DNA of 64,000 nucleotides. Origin: Bacteroidales bacterium (lineage in GTDB: Bacteria; Bacteroidota; Bacteroidia; Bacteroidales; UBA4417). The notes under the pieces were generated by a model, which saw nothing but the letters and a program-made list of their open reading frames with translations, did not search any database and had not been told where the DNA came from. The stretch spans positions 927 through 64,926 of the forward strand of contig JBBRCH010000016.1 of the NCBI GenBank assembly GCA_038204995.1, given 5' to 3'. The number at the start of each line of letters is the position of its first letter. Position 1 is the first letter of the stretch. The position numbers and the translations under genes are program-made. Positions 42,569 through 51,714 of the stretch are shown here, piece after piece.

Positions 42569-42624
42569 AAACGAAATGTAAAACAAACCAAATGAAATGT
42601 AAAAGTTTGTAAATGAAATGTAAA
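42569..42624. promoter_or_regulatory. Three AAA(C/T)GAAATGTAAA direct repeats at 21-bp period, candidate response-regulator boxes
   Basis: GAAATGTAAA starts at 42573, 42594 and 42615, between the DUF1573 gene and the divergent two-component system. Confidence 0.65.
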
Positions 42625-42680
42625 TAATAATTTCCTTATCGGAAAATGGCCTATTTTTATCCTGTAAATCATTGTTGCAG

Positions 42681-43958
42681 ATGAGGTTCAAACACATCAG
42701 GTATGTTGTATTATTAGGGGCCTTTGCTATCATTGGGATTATTGGCGTACAGCTATATTTCATGCGAAAAGAATGGAGCAATAAGGAGAAACAATTTGCC
42801 CAAACCGTTACCATTTGCCTTCGAAACGTAGCCACTAAATTATATAAGTTTAATAATACTTTGCCTTCAACTCCGAACCCGGTAAGGCAATTGTCGTCGA
42901 ATTACTTCGTGGTGGATGTTAATAACAAGATAGATGCAAATATCCTGGAACACTATCTTAAGACAGAATTTGAAAGATACAATATCCAGACTGACTTTGA
43001 ATACAGCATCTATAACTGCGAAACCGATGTTATGGAATATGGCAATTATTTGTTTTATAACGGAAAGGTAAAGCAGGATGCCATTTCTGTAAATCTGCCC
43101 AAATACTATGGATACAATTACTATTTCGGAGTAAATTTTCCGCTGCTGAATAATACCATTGCCGGGGATATGACTATCTGGTTTTTCCTGGTTGGAATAC
43201 TGGCAGTTTCAGTCATCTTTTTCGCCTATTCCATTTTTGTGATACTGAAACAAAAAAAATTGTCGGAATTGCAGCGTGATTTTATAAATAATATGACACA
43301 CGAGTTCAAAACGCCGATTGCAAGCATTAATATTGCTGCTGATGTGATTTCTAATCCCAAATCTATCACTGAGCCTTCACGGATTCTTACCTACGGATCT
43401 GTCATCAAACAGGAAGTGAACCGCCTGAATGACCAGGTTGATAAGGTATTGCAGATTGCACGCATTGAAAAAAGCGGCTTTCATCTGCGCAAAGAAAAGC
43501 TTGATCTGAATGCTATAATAAACCAGGTGGTTGAAAATTGCCTGGCGAATAATGCCGGTAAAGTTGTTATAAAAACAAGACTATCCACAGAGATTGGCAG
43601 AATTGATGGCGATCGCATGCATACCACCAATATTTTTTATAATTTGTTGGATAATGCTGTAAAATATGCCGGCGATAATCCTGAAATAGAAATAACCACC
43701 ATGAAGAAAACAAATAAAGTCATGGTAACTGTGAGCGATAATGGACCCGGGATTTCACGGGCACACCAGAAAAGAGTCTTTCAGAAGTTTTATCGTATTC
43801 CTACAGCGAATATTCACGACGTTAAAGGCTTTGGGCTGGGTTTGTTTTATGTAAAAAGTATCTGTGATGCACAAAGGTGGAAGATAAGCCTGGATCCATC
43901 TCCGGCAATAGGCACAACGTTTTTTTTGGAAATAACTCAAAAACAACCTGATGGATGA
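42681..43958 (+). CDS. Membrane sensor histidine kinase
   Basis: Two TM helices flanking a periplasmic domain; H-box FINNMTHEFKTP; NAVKY, DNGPG, GFGLGL. Confidence 0.93.
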   Translation: MRFKHIRYVVLLGAFAIIGIIGVQLYFMRKEWSNKEKQFAQTVTICLRNVATKLYKFNNTLPSTPNPVRQLSSNYFVVDVNNKIDANILEHYLKTEFERYNIQTDFEYSIYNCETDVMEYGNYLFYNGKVKQDAISVNLPKYYGYNYYFGVNFPLLNNTIAGDMTIWFFLVGILAVSVIFFAYSIFVILKQKKLSELQRDFINNMTHEFKTPIASINIAADVISNPKSITEPSRILTYGSVIKQEVNRLNDQVDKVLQIARIEKSGFHLRKEKLDLNAIINQVVENCLANNAGKVVIKTRLSTEIGRIDGDRMHTTNIFYNLLDNAVKYAGDNPEIEITTMKKTNKVMVTVSDNGPGISRAHQKRVFQKFYRIPTANIHDVKGFGLGLFYVKSICDAQRWKISLDPSPAIGTTFFLEITQKQPDG

Positions 43959-44650
43959 GTAAAGCTCGAATATTGTATGTCGAAGATGATCTTACGCTCT
44001 CTTTTGTGACCCGCGATAACCTTGAAAGAGCCGGTTATACTATTGATTCATGTGATGATGGCATAACCGCTTATGAGAAAATTGCAAACGGGGATTATGA
44101 TCTCTATATTCTGGATGTGATGCTTCCAAAAATTGATGGCTATACTTTAGCGAGAAAAATCAGGGAAAAGAATCAGGCAGTGCCTATACTGTTCCTGTCG
44201 GCTAAATCAACAATTGATGACAAATTATATGGACTGCAGCTTGGAGCCGATGATTATATTACAAAGCCATTCAGCATAGAAGAACTGATACTGAGAATCG
44301 AGGTCTTTCTCAAACGCAGCAGCATCGATCCGTCAAGAATGCAGAAAGAAAGCGTGTTTCGTATAGGTAGTTTTGCGTTTTCGCAGTCAGGATTACTGCT
44401 CACGAACAACCGTGAAACGCATTCACTCACACATCGGGAAGCTGAACTGCTTGCATTTCTCTGCATGCATTCGGGCAGTATCCTTAAAAGAGATGATATA
44501 TTAAACAAAGTCTGGGGGAATGATCATTTTTTCTCAAGCCGCAGCCTTGATGTTTTTATATCGCGGTTGCGTAAGCTGCTTCAATCCGATCCATCGGTAA
44601 AAATTGAGAATATTCATAACATTGGGTATAGGCTCGTGGTGAATAGCTGA
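43955..44650 (+). CDS. OmpR/PhoB-family response regulator
   Basis: ILYVEDD, LDVMLP, ADDYITKPF; winged helix VWG..SRSLDVFISRLRK..GYRL. Confidence 0.95.
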   Translation: MSKARILYVEDDLTLSFVTRDNLERAGYTIDSCDDGITAYEKIANGDYDLYILDVMLPKIDGYTLARKIREKNQAVPILFLSAKSTIDDKLYGLQLGADDYITKPFSIEELILRIEVFLKRSSIDPSRMQKESVFRIGSFAFSQSGLLLTNNRETHSLTHREAELLAFLCMHSGSILKRDDILNKVWGNDHFFSSRSLDVFISRLRKLLQSDPSVKIENIHNIGYRLVVNS

Positions 44651-44716
44651 TCAGGAGATAGTTTGAAAGGTTGAAGGATTTCATATGCCAGGTGAATGAA
44701 TACTCAAATAAATCAA

Positions 44717-45676
44717 TTAATCCTTGTGCCCGTAAAACTTCCCCTGCCATGTATCTCTTTTTTTTAATTCGTTCTCTATCAGAACCTGCACCTGGTCGGA
44801 GCGCAATTTGCCCCATGTAGGCCCGGCCTGAAATCGGGGAGGAGCTTCACCGGTAAACCTTTCTATTACAAAATCCGGGTTCAGTTGCTGTGTGAAGCGA
44901 ACTATAAAGTCAATGTAGTTCTCAAGAGTAAACAAATTGAAACCTGATGGATCAGACAGGTATTCAGTTGCCATCGGAGTTTCTTTGATAATCTGAAGTT
45001 GATGGAATTTAATTGTATCGAGCGGAAGTTCCGATACCATTTCAGCTTCAGCAAGCATTTCATCCTCCGTTTCTCCCGGCAAACCAAAAATAAGATGGGC
45101 GCCGGTATGAATTCCGTATCCGGCAGTTTTTCGGATGGCTGCTACTGATTCTTCATACGTATGTCCCCTGTTGATGCGTTTCAGCGTCCGTTCGTAGCAG
45201 GATTCAATACCATATTCAATAATCAGATAATATTTTTCAGCCAAGCGGGCAAAGTATTCAAGTTTAGAATCATCAATACAGTCCGGGCGTGTGCCGATTA
45301 CCAGCCCTGATACTCCCGGGAAATCCAGTGCTTCATTATATAGTGTTTTTAGATATTCAAGAGATCCATAGGTATTGGAATAGGCCTGGAAATACGCCAG
45401 ATAATTTGCAGCCCTACGATATCTTATTTTATGGAATTCAACTCCTTCAGTTATCTGTTGCGTAATGCTTTTATGCGGCTGGCAATACGAAGGGTTAAAC
45501 GCTTCATTATTGCAGTAGGTGCAACCGCCTGTACCTTTTGATCCATCGCGGTTAGGGCAGGTAAACCCTGCATCGATGGTGACTTTTTGCACCCGGGTGC
45601 CAAACTCGCGCCTGAAATATTCAGAGTAGGAATTATAGCGACGGTTGTGTCCCCAGGGGTACAAGTTGTCTGTCAT
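44717..45676 (-). CDS. Radical SAM protein, TIGR01212/YhcC family
   Basis: GFTCPNRDG..GGCTYC, YFQAYSNTY, GTRPDC, INRGH. Confidence 0.92.
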   Translation of the reverse strand: MTDNLYPWGHNRRYNSYSEYFRREFGTRVQKVTIDAGFTCPNRDGSKGTGGCTYCNNEAFNPSYCQPHKSITQQITEGVEFHKIRYRRAANYLAYFQAYSNTYGSLEYLKTLYNEALDFPGVSGLVIGTRPDCIDDSKLEYFARLAEKYYLIIEYGIESCYERTLKRINRGHTYEESVAAIRKTAGYGIHTGAHLIFGLPGETEDEMLAEAEMVSELPLDTIKFHQLQIIKETPMATEYLSDPSGFNLFTLENYIDFIVRFTQQLNPDFVIERFTGEAPPRFQAGPTWGKLRSDQVQVLIENELKKRDTWQGKFYGHKD

Positions 45677-45680
45677 GGTG

Positions 45681-45688
45681 CAAAAGTA
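45681..45688 (-). promoter_or_regulatory. -7 box (TACTTTTG) 4 nt before the radical SAM start codon
   Basis: Minus strand reads TACTTTTG-CACC-ATG. Confidence 0.6.
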
Positions 45689-45713
45689 ACGAAAAAGGGC
45701 GGCCTGGCAACTC

Positions 45714-45749
45714 GTCCTCTACCTTCTTGAGGAGAGGGCAGGGTGAGGT
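45714..45749. repeat. Degenerate REP-like palindrome
   Basis: GTCCTCTACC-TTCTTGA-GGAGAGGGC followed by AGGGTGAGG; GC-rich island in AT-rich intergenic DNA. Confidence 0.5.
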
Positions 45750-45820
45750 GAATTAAGATGCTGGTATTAAAAATCCCGGTGAACAGCCAAGTCTGCTATT
45801 TCTCATAAAGATTCTCTTAT

Positions 45821-45848
45821 TTCGGACTTCCGTCTTCGGACTTCTGTC
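45821..45848. repeat. Heptad tandem repeat
   Basis: TTCGGAC TTCCGTC TTCGGAC TTCTGTC. Confidence 0.6.
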
Positions 45849-45881
45849 CGGATTTCATATTTAAAATGATAAACTTGTTGG

Positions 45882-45922
45882 AAAATCAAAAAGGCCACAT
45901 CCAATGATGCAGCCTTTTGATT
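45882..45922 (-). terminator. Probable terminator of the peptide transporter gene
   Basis: AATCAAAAAGGC...GCCTTTTGATT inverted repeat just past the stop codon. Confidence 0.6.
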
Positions 45923-45939
45923 AAAATCAACTTCTGTTA

Positions 45940-47754
45940 CTAATTCGTCACTCTTTCAAGCCGTTTAATAATGCTGAAAATAAAAGCTGCCGAGAGCAAA
46001 CAACAGACTATAAAAATCAGCCATAACTGTGAAAGATCAAGTTTCCCCCAGAAGAAACTACCAACAACCAGTAATTTGTTTCCAACGGCTGTTGCCAGCA
46101 ACCATCCGCCTTGCATAAGGCCCTGGAAACGGGGAGGAGCAACTTTCGAAACAAATGACAGGCCCATTGGGCTGAGGAAAAGCTCTGCGATGGTCAGGAT
46201 CAGGTAGGAACTCATCAGCCAGTAAGGCATTACACGCGATGAATCCGGAACCGGGTTGAACTTGGTAACACCGCTTTCGTCAACAAATTGCAATTCGTGA
46301 GGCGATACCAGGTTGAGCGATGCAATGAGAACAATACCGAAACCTATAGCTGCTATGATCATACCGATACCGATTTTCTTTGGTGTCGAAGGCTCAAGTC
46401 CGCGTTTATTGAGCCATAAAAAGAATGCCATTACAGGGAAAGTAAGCGTTACAATAAAGAGTGGGTTGAAAGACTGGAATACTTCGGGTGAAATTGGATT
46501 TTCTGCACTTGCCTGGCTGTAAAAGTAATATGCAAGTCCACCGCCAACAAGCAATAAGACTCCACCGGCAATCTTGAGATTCAAGCTGTTTTTCTTGCCT
46601 AAAACCAGGACTATACCAGCAATAAATGCAATTACAGTAAGGATGTTTTCTAAGGTAAAGAACATAAACGTGAATGGTCCGACATTTTTAACTGTATAAT
46701 CGCGGGCGAAGAATGTCAGGGTTAGTCCGTTTTGATGGAACGACATCCAGAAAAAGATTACTACAAGGAATACCATCAGTAAAGCCGTGATCCTGGGACG
46801 CTCTTCTTTGGTCGATATCTGGACGATCCAGGCTACAAAACCGGCAAAGAGACCAAAGGCAAAAGCAATATCCCTGTTCGTGGTGGTAAAATAAATAGCG
46901 GCACCAACTGCCATAGCTATCAGCAGGGAGAAGACACCTGTCATAGGTTTTTTCTCTATCTTGACATCGGTGGAGGAAGGTACAGCCTTTTCTTTATTTG
47001 GTATTAATTTACTATAAAGCAGGTAGATGGCAAGGGAAGTTAGCATGGCTATGGCTGCAATGCCAAATGCATAATTGTAACCGCGTGCAAATACTTCAAG
47101 ATAAGTTTGTGCAAACACCGACAGGTCTGTTACCGGTCCGTTCAGGCTGACGGCATCAGCCAGGATTTGTAACTTACCCGGATCTTCAAGCGTTCCGTTG
47201 ATATATTGATGACATACTGCCGGCAAACTTCCATCGTGAAGAAAGCCATTGGTTCCTAACCACCAGTTGCGGATTCCTGTAGCGGCAAAAGGGGCAAAAA
47301 AAGCACCCACATTAATCCCCATATAAAACACCATAAAGGCTGAGTCGCGAAACTTTGAGTATTTGGGATCATCATACATCTGCCCTACAACAGCCTGCAG
47401 GTTCCCTTTGAATAATCCGTTCCCGAAGGCAATAGTGAATAAGCCGGCAATGGTCAGGGCAAGCGGCAATCCGGGAAGCGCCATAGCTGCATACCCGGCA
47501 AACATAACGATCTGGCCAACCAGGATCACTGTTTTGTATTTTTTTGTATAGTCAGCAAGAAGACCACCGACCAGGGCCAAAGCATAAATCCCAAAATAAA
47601 ACCAGCTGTAGATTTCGCCGGCATCCGCTTCATCCAAACCATACCTTGCCTGTAAAAAAAGCACAAGAATAGCCATCATTGTATAGAATCCGAAGCGCTC
47701 GCCCATATTGGTGAAAAATGCTACGATCAATCCGCGTGGGTGTTGTTTAAACAT
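45940..47754 (-). CDS. Proton-dependent oligopeptide transporter (POT/PTR, MFS)
   Basis: MGERFGFY (ExxERF variant), GNGLFKGN, FYMGINVGAF, FQSFNPLFI, AELFLSPMGLS. Confidence 0.93.
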   Translation of the reverse strand: MFKQHPRGLIVAFFTNMGERFGFYTMMAILVLFLQARYGLDEADAGEIYSWFYFGIYALALVGGLLADYTKKYKTVILVGQIVMFAGYAAMALPGLPLALTIAGLFTIAFGNGLFKGNLQAVVGQMYDDPKYSKFRDSAFMVFYMGINVGAFFAPFAATGIRNWWLGTNGFLHDGSLPAVCHQYINGTLEDPGKLQILADAVSLNGPVTDLSVFAQTYLEVFARGYNYAFGIAAIAMLTSLAIYLLYSKLIPNKEKAVPSSTDVKIEKKPMTGVFSLLIAMAVGAAIYFTTTNRDIAFAFGLFAGFVAWIVQISTKEERPRITALLMVFLVVIFFWMSFHQNGLTLTFFARDYTVKNVGPFTFMFFTLENILTVIAFIAGIVLVLGKKNSLNLKIAGGVLLLVGGGLAYYFYSQASAENPISPEVFQSFNPLFIVTLTFPVMAFFLWLNKRGLEPSTPKKIGIGMIIAAIGFGIVLIASLNLVSPHELQFVDESGVTKFNPVPDSSRVMPYWLMSSYLILTIAELFLSPMGLSFVSKVAPPRFQGLMQGGWLLATAVGNKLLVVGSFFWGKLDLSQLWLIFIVCCLLSAAFIFSIIKRLERVTN

Positions 47755-47883
47755 AACTGTAAGATTTAGTTGATATTTGGTTTTAATTGTTTGCCTGAAG
47801 GCAAAAATAAACTAATTTCTTAATTGATATTGTAGGCTTATTATTTGAAATAAAAAAGCTATAAGCGGTTAACATGCTGTATG

Positions 47884-49986
47884 TTAAAAAGATAGTCGCA
47901 ATACCGTTTTAACGTCTGTTTTTTTATTTCCATTTATTTTATCCAATCCACTACTTATCAGACTCCTGTCAGAATACCATGTTTGAGCCAAACGAAGAAT
48001 TACTGAAAGATTTCTGTTGAGTTTCGAGTTGAGTAGTATGTAAAAGCGGCTTCCCTTGCCTGAAAATGCAGGTACCGAGAAGGAATATGGTACATCCTGT
48101 TCGAAAGTATATAAGCGTGTGTCGTAGGAATCGGTGTCAAACAATAAGTACCTGAAGCTTAATGACCAGTCTTTTTCCGCTGGTCTTACCTGGAATCCCT
48201 GGTAAATGAGATAGCCGACTTCTTTGGCTTTCTCAGGAGATTTGCGCTGAGTGATTTCAACCCGGCTTTGCATTTTAAGCCATGGTAATGCCTGGTAGTT
48301 GAATTGCATCCTGTAATAATCCCGGTTAGATTCTCCAATCTGGTTTATTTTTTCATTGGCAACTGAATAATTCATTGGATTTATCATGTTCCTGTAACCG
48401 AGAATGAAATCGCCGCGGCGGGAAACATTATATACAATCTGTGCCGAATATTCCTGACCTCCCGAAGGCGCATCAACCCTGTAATGTAGCCATTCGTACC
48501 TGAAAACATCAGCATAGGCGCTTAAAGTGATTTTGTTGAACGGAGTGGCAACTATTCCAACGTAGAGTCCTTTTTCATTTGTGTTGTTGCTGCTTTCGCC
48601 GAAAGCTGCGTTAAAAGTGTTTACATAATCTTTCTGGTAATTCCTGTACACCATGGCAAAAGCAATACGGGAATCAGGGCTGAAGGAAAGGCCCTGCAAT
48701 ACGGCTAAGCCCGCATCAAGTTGTTTGGAAGCTTCACCATACAAAGTGAGGGATTTATAGTTGTAGTTGTAATCAAAACCTGCATACGTATTTGAGTTGA
48801 GAACCGGTTGAAATTTCTTATAAAGTGCATCCTGTGTTTCGAAAGGAATGTTGTAATCCACGTGAAAAAGAGTAATTCCTGCCCTGAGATGTTGCCCGTT
48901 AAACGTGATATGCCCACCCTCAGCTATTTCGTGGATAGCTCCTTTGTCAGCAAGTTCCGAAGGAGTGCGGTGATAACCTGTTTGCTGCAATGATGAAACC
49001 ATATCTTCTATCGAGTGGATAGAATCGGAGGGAATCAGGTTGGCATCGGCCCGGCGGTTGGAATAAAATGCCGTAAGATCGAACTTTCCAAGTGCTATGG
49101 TGGTAGCCGCTCCTCTCATAAATGCATATTCGTTGGATGAAGCATGAGGCCGTAAGGCAGGAGCTCTTTTCCGCATAACAACTGAACCGGCCGATTTTCC
49201 CAATGAAAAACCTGACCACATAGTTAAGCCCTGCCCGAATTGTACGTGATAATCGCCAAGGGCCAGCTGTTTTACGATTCCAATATTTTTAAGAAAAAGA
49301 TGAACTGAGTAGAAATCAAAACCCTTGCGTAAAGTATCTGATTTAGGTATAAATGGCTCACCGGCATCTTTATCTCCTACCATTCCTAATTTCAAATAGT
49401 CCTTGTAGGAATACTGAACTCTTAAAAAAAGGCTGTTCTGATCGCCAAGGTAATAGCTATTGGGGTGGGCAAGTCGCATGGAATCCGGAACCGATGCATA
49501 CCCTTTTTGTTCCTGCAATACCCGCTGGTAGCGGAGCATAACATCAGTTCCACCGTATTTGATAGCGCGTTTGAGTGAAAATTTCTCAGGTACAAAAGGT
49601 GATAAGGATATATAGGGTAACATCTGGTTTACCACTCTTTCATTAAAACCATCAATTACCTGTAGTTCGTAAATGGATGCCAACTGGCCATATTGGTTAA
49701 TATATTCGAGTAAATTTCTGATTTGTAGTTCGTTGAGGAAGAATAACCGCCGCAGTTCGTCTTCGCTGCCTGAATTCAGATTAACAGGCCTTTCGCGAAG
49801 CAGGTTTAATTCTTCTACCCAATCACTGTAGTCAATTTCAAGATCTGATCGTTCGGCCAGGTTCTCAATCTGCTGTTCAATTTGTTCTGATCCTGTAAAT
49901 CTGGTTGTATCCGCTTCCTGGGCCGAAACTCTACCGGTACAAAGAAGTATGAACACTAAAAACAGGCTGAAATAGCGGTTGAGCAT
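47884..49986 (-). CDS. Secreted helix-hairpin-helix (ComEA-like) domain protein with a probable C-terminal beta-barrel
   Basis: PVNLNSGSEDELRRL..Y....G.L.SIYELQVIDGF (HhH); long alternating beta-strand region ending ..LRLSF. Confidence 0.75.
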   Translation of the reverse strand: MLNRYFSLFLVFILLCTGRVSAQEADTTRFTGSEQIEQQIENLAERSDLEIDYSDWVEELNLLRERPVNLNSGSEDELRRLFFLNELQIRNLLEYINQYGQLASIYELQVIDGFNERVVNQMLPYISLSPFVPEKFSLKRAIKYGGTDVMLRYQRVLQEQKGYASVPDSMRLAHPNSYYLGDQNSLFLRVQYSYKDYLKLGMVGDKDAGEPFIPKSDTLRKGFDFYSVHLFLKNIGIVKQLALGDYHVQFGQGLTMWSGFSLGKSAGSVVMRKRAPALRPHASSNEYAFMRGAATTIALGKFDLTAFYSNRRADANLIPSDSIHSIEDMVSSLQQTGYHRTPSELADKGAIHEIAEGGHITFNGQHLRAGITLFHVDYNIPFETQDALYKKFQPVLNSNTYAGFDYNYNYKSLTLYGEASKQLDAGLAVLQGLSFSPDSRIAFAMVYRNYQKDYVNTFNAAFGESSNNTNEKGLYVGIVATPFNKITLSAYADVFRYEWLHYRVDAPSGGQEYSAQIVYNVSRRGDFILGYRNMINPMNYSVANEKINQIGESNRDYYRMQFNYQALPWLKMQSRVEITQRKSPEKAKEVGYLIYQGFQVRPAEKDWSLSFRYLLFDTDSYDTRLYTFEQDVPYSFSVPAFSGKGSRFYILLNSKLNRNLSVILRLAQTWYSDRSLISSGLDKINGNKKTDVKTVLRLSF

Positions 49987-50010
49987 TAGTTATCAGGGTT
50001 GGAGCGGTGA

Positions 50011-50823
50011 TTAAAATGAATATTGTACTGAAACCTGGGGCGAGTATCCTAATTGCGGATGTACTGACGAAGAAAGATCGAGTGTCAGATTTTTCATTTC
50101 CAGTCCAAACCCGAAAGTATAGCGTGCGGGGTTTGTACTCAGGCCTATGCGGGCATAAGCTATGCGACTCAACTTAAACTCTGCACCTGTCCTGAATTCC
50201 ATAGGGAATTCACTGTTTTTAAAGGCTTCTGCCGTGAGTAAAAGCTTATCGGAGAAAGTGTAACCGAATCCGGCATTCAGGATGGTGGGTATCCTCTCGT
50301 TATTGTATTCCGAAAGTTTAACATGCATGGGGTTGAAGGTATGCACCCCAAAGATGAGTTGTTCACTTATTTTAACCATTATTCCTGCATCAAATGTAAT
50401 ATTGCTGCGCTTTCCGTATTCCTCGCCCAGGGTAGTGCCTATATAATCAAGTTGAATGCCTGCCGAAAAACGGGTACCGAATTTCCGGGCATAGGCGATT
50501 CCGGCTTTGGTAGTATTATAATTAGCATCCCCTGAATAGCCAACGGTTGCTCCCAGCATTCCGTATCTGGTTTTCAGGGCGAAAGCACCTGCCTGAGACC
50601 CCATTTCTTTAATCAGAAAGCGGTTTTCGAAATAAATGCCTGCAGCGGTTTTGTCGTAAAAGGCCATTCCGGCCTGGTTGTTATTTATACTCCAGAAATC
50701 GATTACTGCTGCTGACGAAAGACCCATGCCTGCCGAACGGCCGCCCTGGACATTCCATTCCGTTTGCGCAGTTCCTGCCTTCAATAGTCCGAATAATATT
50801 AACAGGGTAATATGTAATTTCAT
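50011..50823 (-). CDS. Outer-membrane beta-barrel protein (PorV/FadL-like N-terminus)
   Basis: Signal peptide; GGRSAGMG..S......WSINNNQAG; amphipathic strands; C-terminal QYSF. Confidence 0.65.
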   Translation of the reverse strand: MKLHITLLILFGLLKAGTAQTEWNVQGGRSAGMGLSSAAVIDFWSINNNQAGMAFYDKTAAGIYFENRFLIKEMGSQAGAFALKTRYGMLGATVGYSGDANYNTTKAGIAYARKFGTRFSAGIQLDYIGTTLGEEYGKRSNITFDAGIMVKISEQLIFGVHTFNPMHVKLSEYNNERIPTILNAGFGYTFSDKLLLTAEAFKNSEFPMEFRTGAEFKLSRIAYARIGLSTNPARYTFGFGLEMKNLTLDLSSSVHPQLGYSPQVSVQYSF

Positions 50824-50994
50824 CCCTTTCTAATTTTCGACTAATGTATAAAAAAAATGGTTAGTCGAAGCACTTCATTTAAAATGCCACTGGTAAAAAG
50901 GGACTTTCTCCTTTATTTGGTGCAAATATTTATTCAGATTTCTCTGAATAGTCTTATTTTTGTATAGTTACTTTAACGCTAAAACTGATTTTGT

Positions 50995-51663
50995 ATGGAT
51001 GCAAATATTATTCTTGATTTCCTTGCGCAACTTAAACTGAATAACAACCGTGAGTGGTTCAACGAAAACAGGAAAGGGTACGAGGCGGCAAAAAAAGAAA
51101 TGGAAAACTTTGTATCGGGCATGATTGCTACTGTTTCAGCCATTGATCCATCCGTGCAAAACCCGGCCATGAAGGACTGCATGTTCCGCATATTCAGGGA
51201 TGTGCGTTTCGGTGCCGACAAGTCGCCGTACAAAACCAATTTCGGGGCTTTTATTGCCCAGGGTGGACGGAAAAGCAATTTGCCCGGGTATTATTTTCAC
51301 TTCGAACCCGGTGCTTCCATGCTGGCAGGAGGCGTTTACCAACCCCAACCGGAAACACTTAAGCTGCTGCGTAACGAAGTGTATTACCATAGTGATGACC
51401 TGAAAGAGATTATGGGAAAACCTTCTTTCCGTAAGTATTTCGGTCACATGGGCGATTTCGACAAAATGAAAAAAGCACCAAAAGATTTTCCTGCCGATTT
51501 CCCGGATATCGATTTGCTGAAATACCGCTCATACATCGTTTCGCAGACTATTCTTGATAATGTGGTAACCTCACCCGAAGATCATACAAAACATGTTATG
51601 GAGATGCTGAAAGAACTCCAGCCGTTTATGGCTTTCCTCAACAGGGCTATAAAAAACGGGTAG
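50995..51663 (+). CDS. DUF2461 family protein
   Basis: FL..LK.NNNREWF, FRIFRDVRFGADKSPYKTNFG, GYYFH.EPG. Confidence 0.9.
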   Translation: MDANIILDFLAQLKLNNNREWFNENRKGYEAAKKEMENFVSGMIATVSAIDPSVQNPAMKDCMFRIFRDVRFGADKSPYKTNFGAFIAQGGRKSNLPGYYFHFEPGASMLAGGVYQPQPETLKLLRNEVYYHSDDLKEIMGKPSFRKYFGHMGDFDKMKKAPKDFPADFPDIDLLKYRSYIVSQTILDNVVTSPEDHTKHVMEMLKELQPFMAFLNRAIKNG

Positions 51664-51714
51664 AAATATAACGAGTTTTATTCACCTTATTTATTTGAAC
51701 AGATAAAACGCACC

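Noticed and set aside
42569-42624. Mini-CRISPR array
   Set aside because: Units of about 14 bp with 7-bp gaps are far too short, and there are no cas genes.
44717-45676. Radical SAM enzyme as the RiPP maturase partner of the PqqD protein
   Set aside because: It is the widespread TIGR01212/YhcC type, lacks a SPASM domain and lies about 18 kb away.
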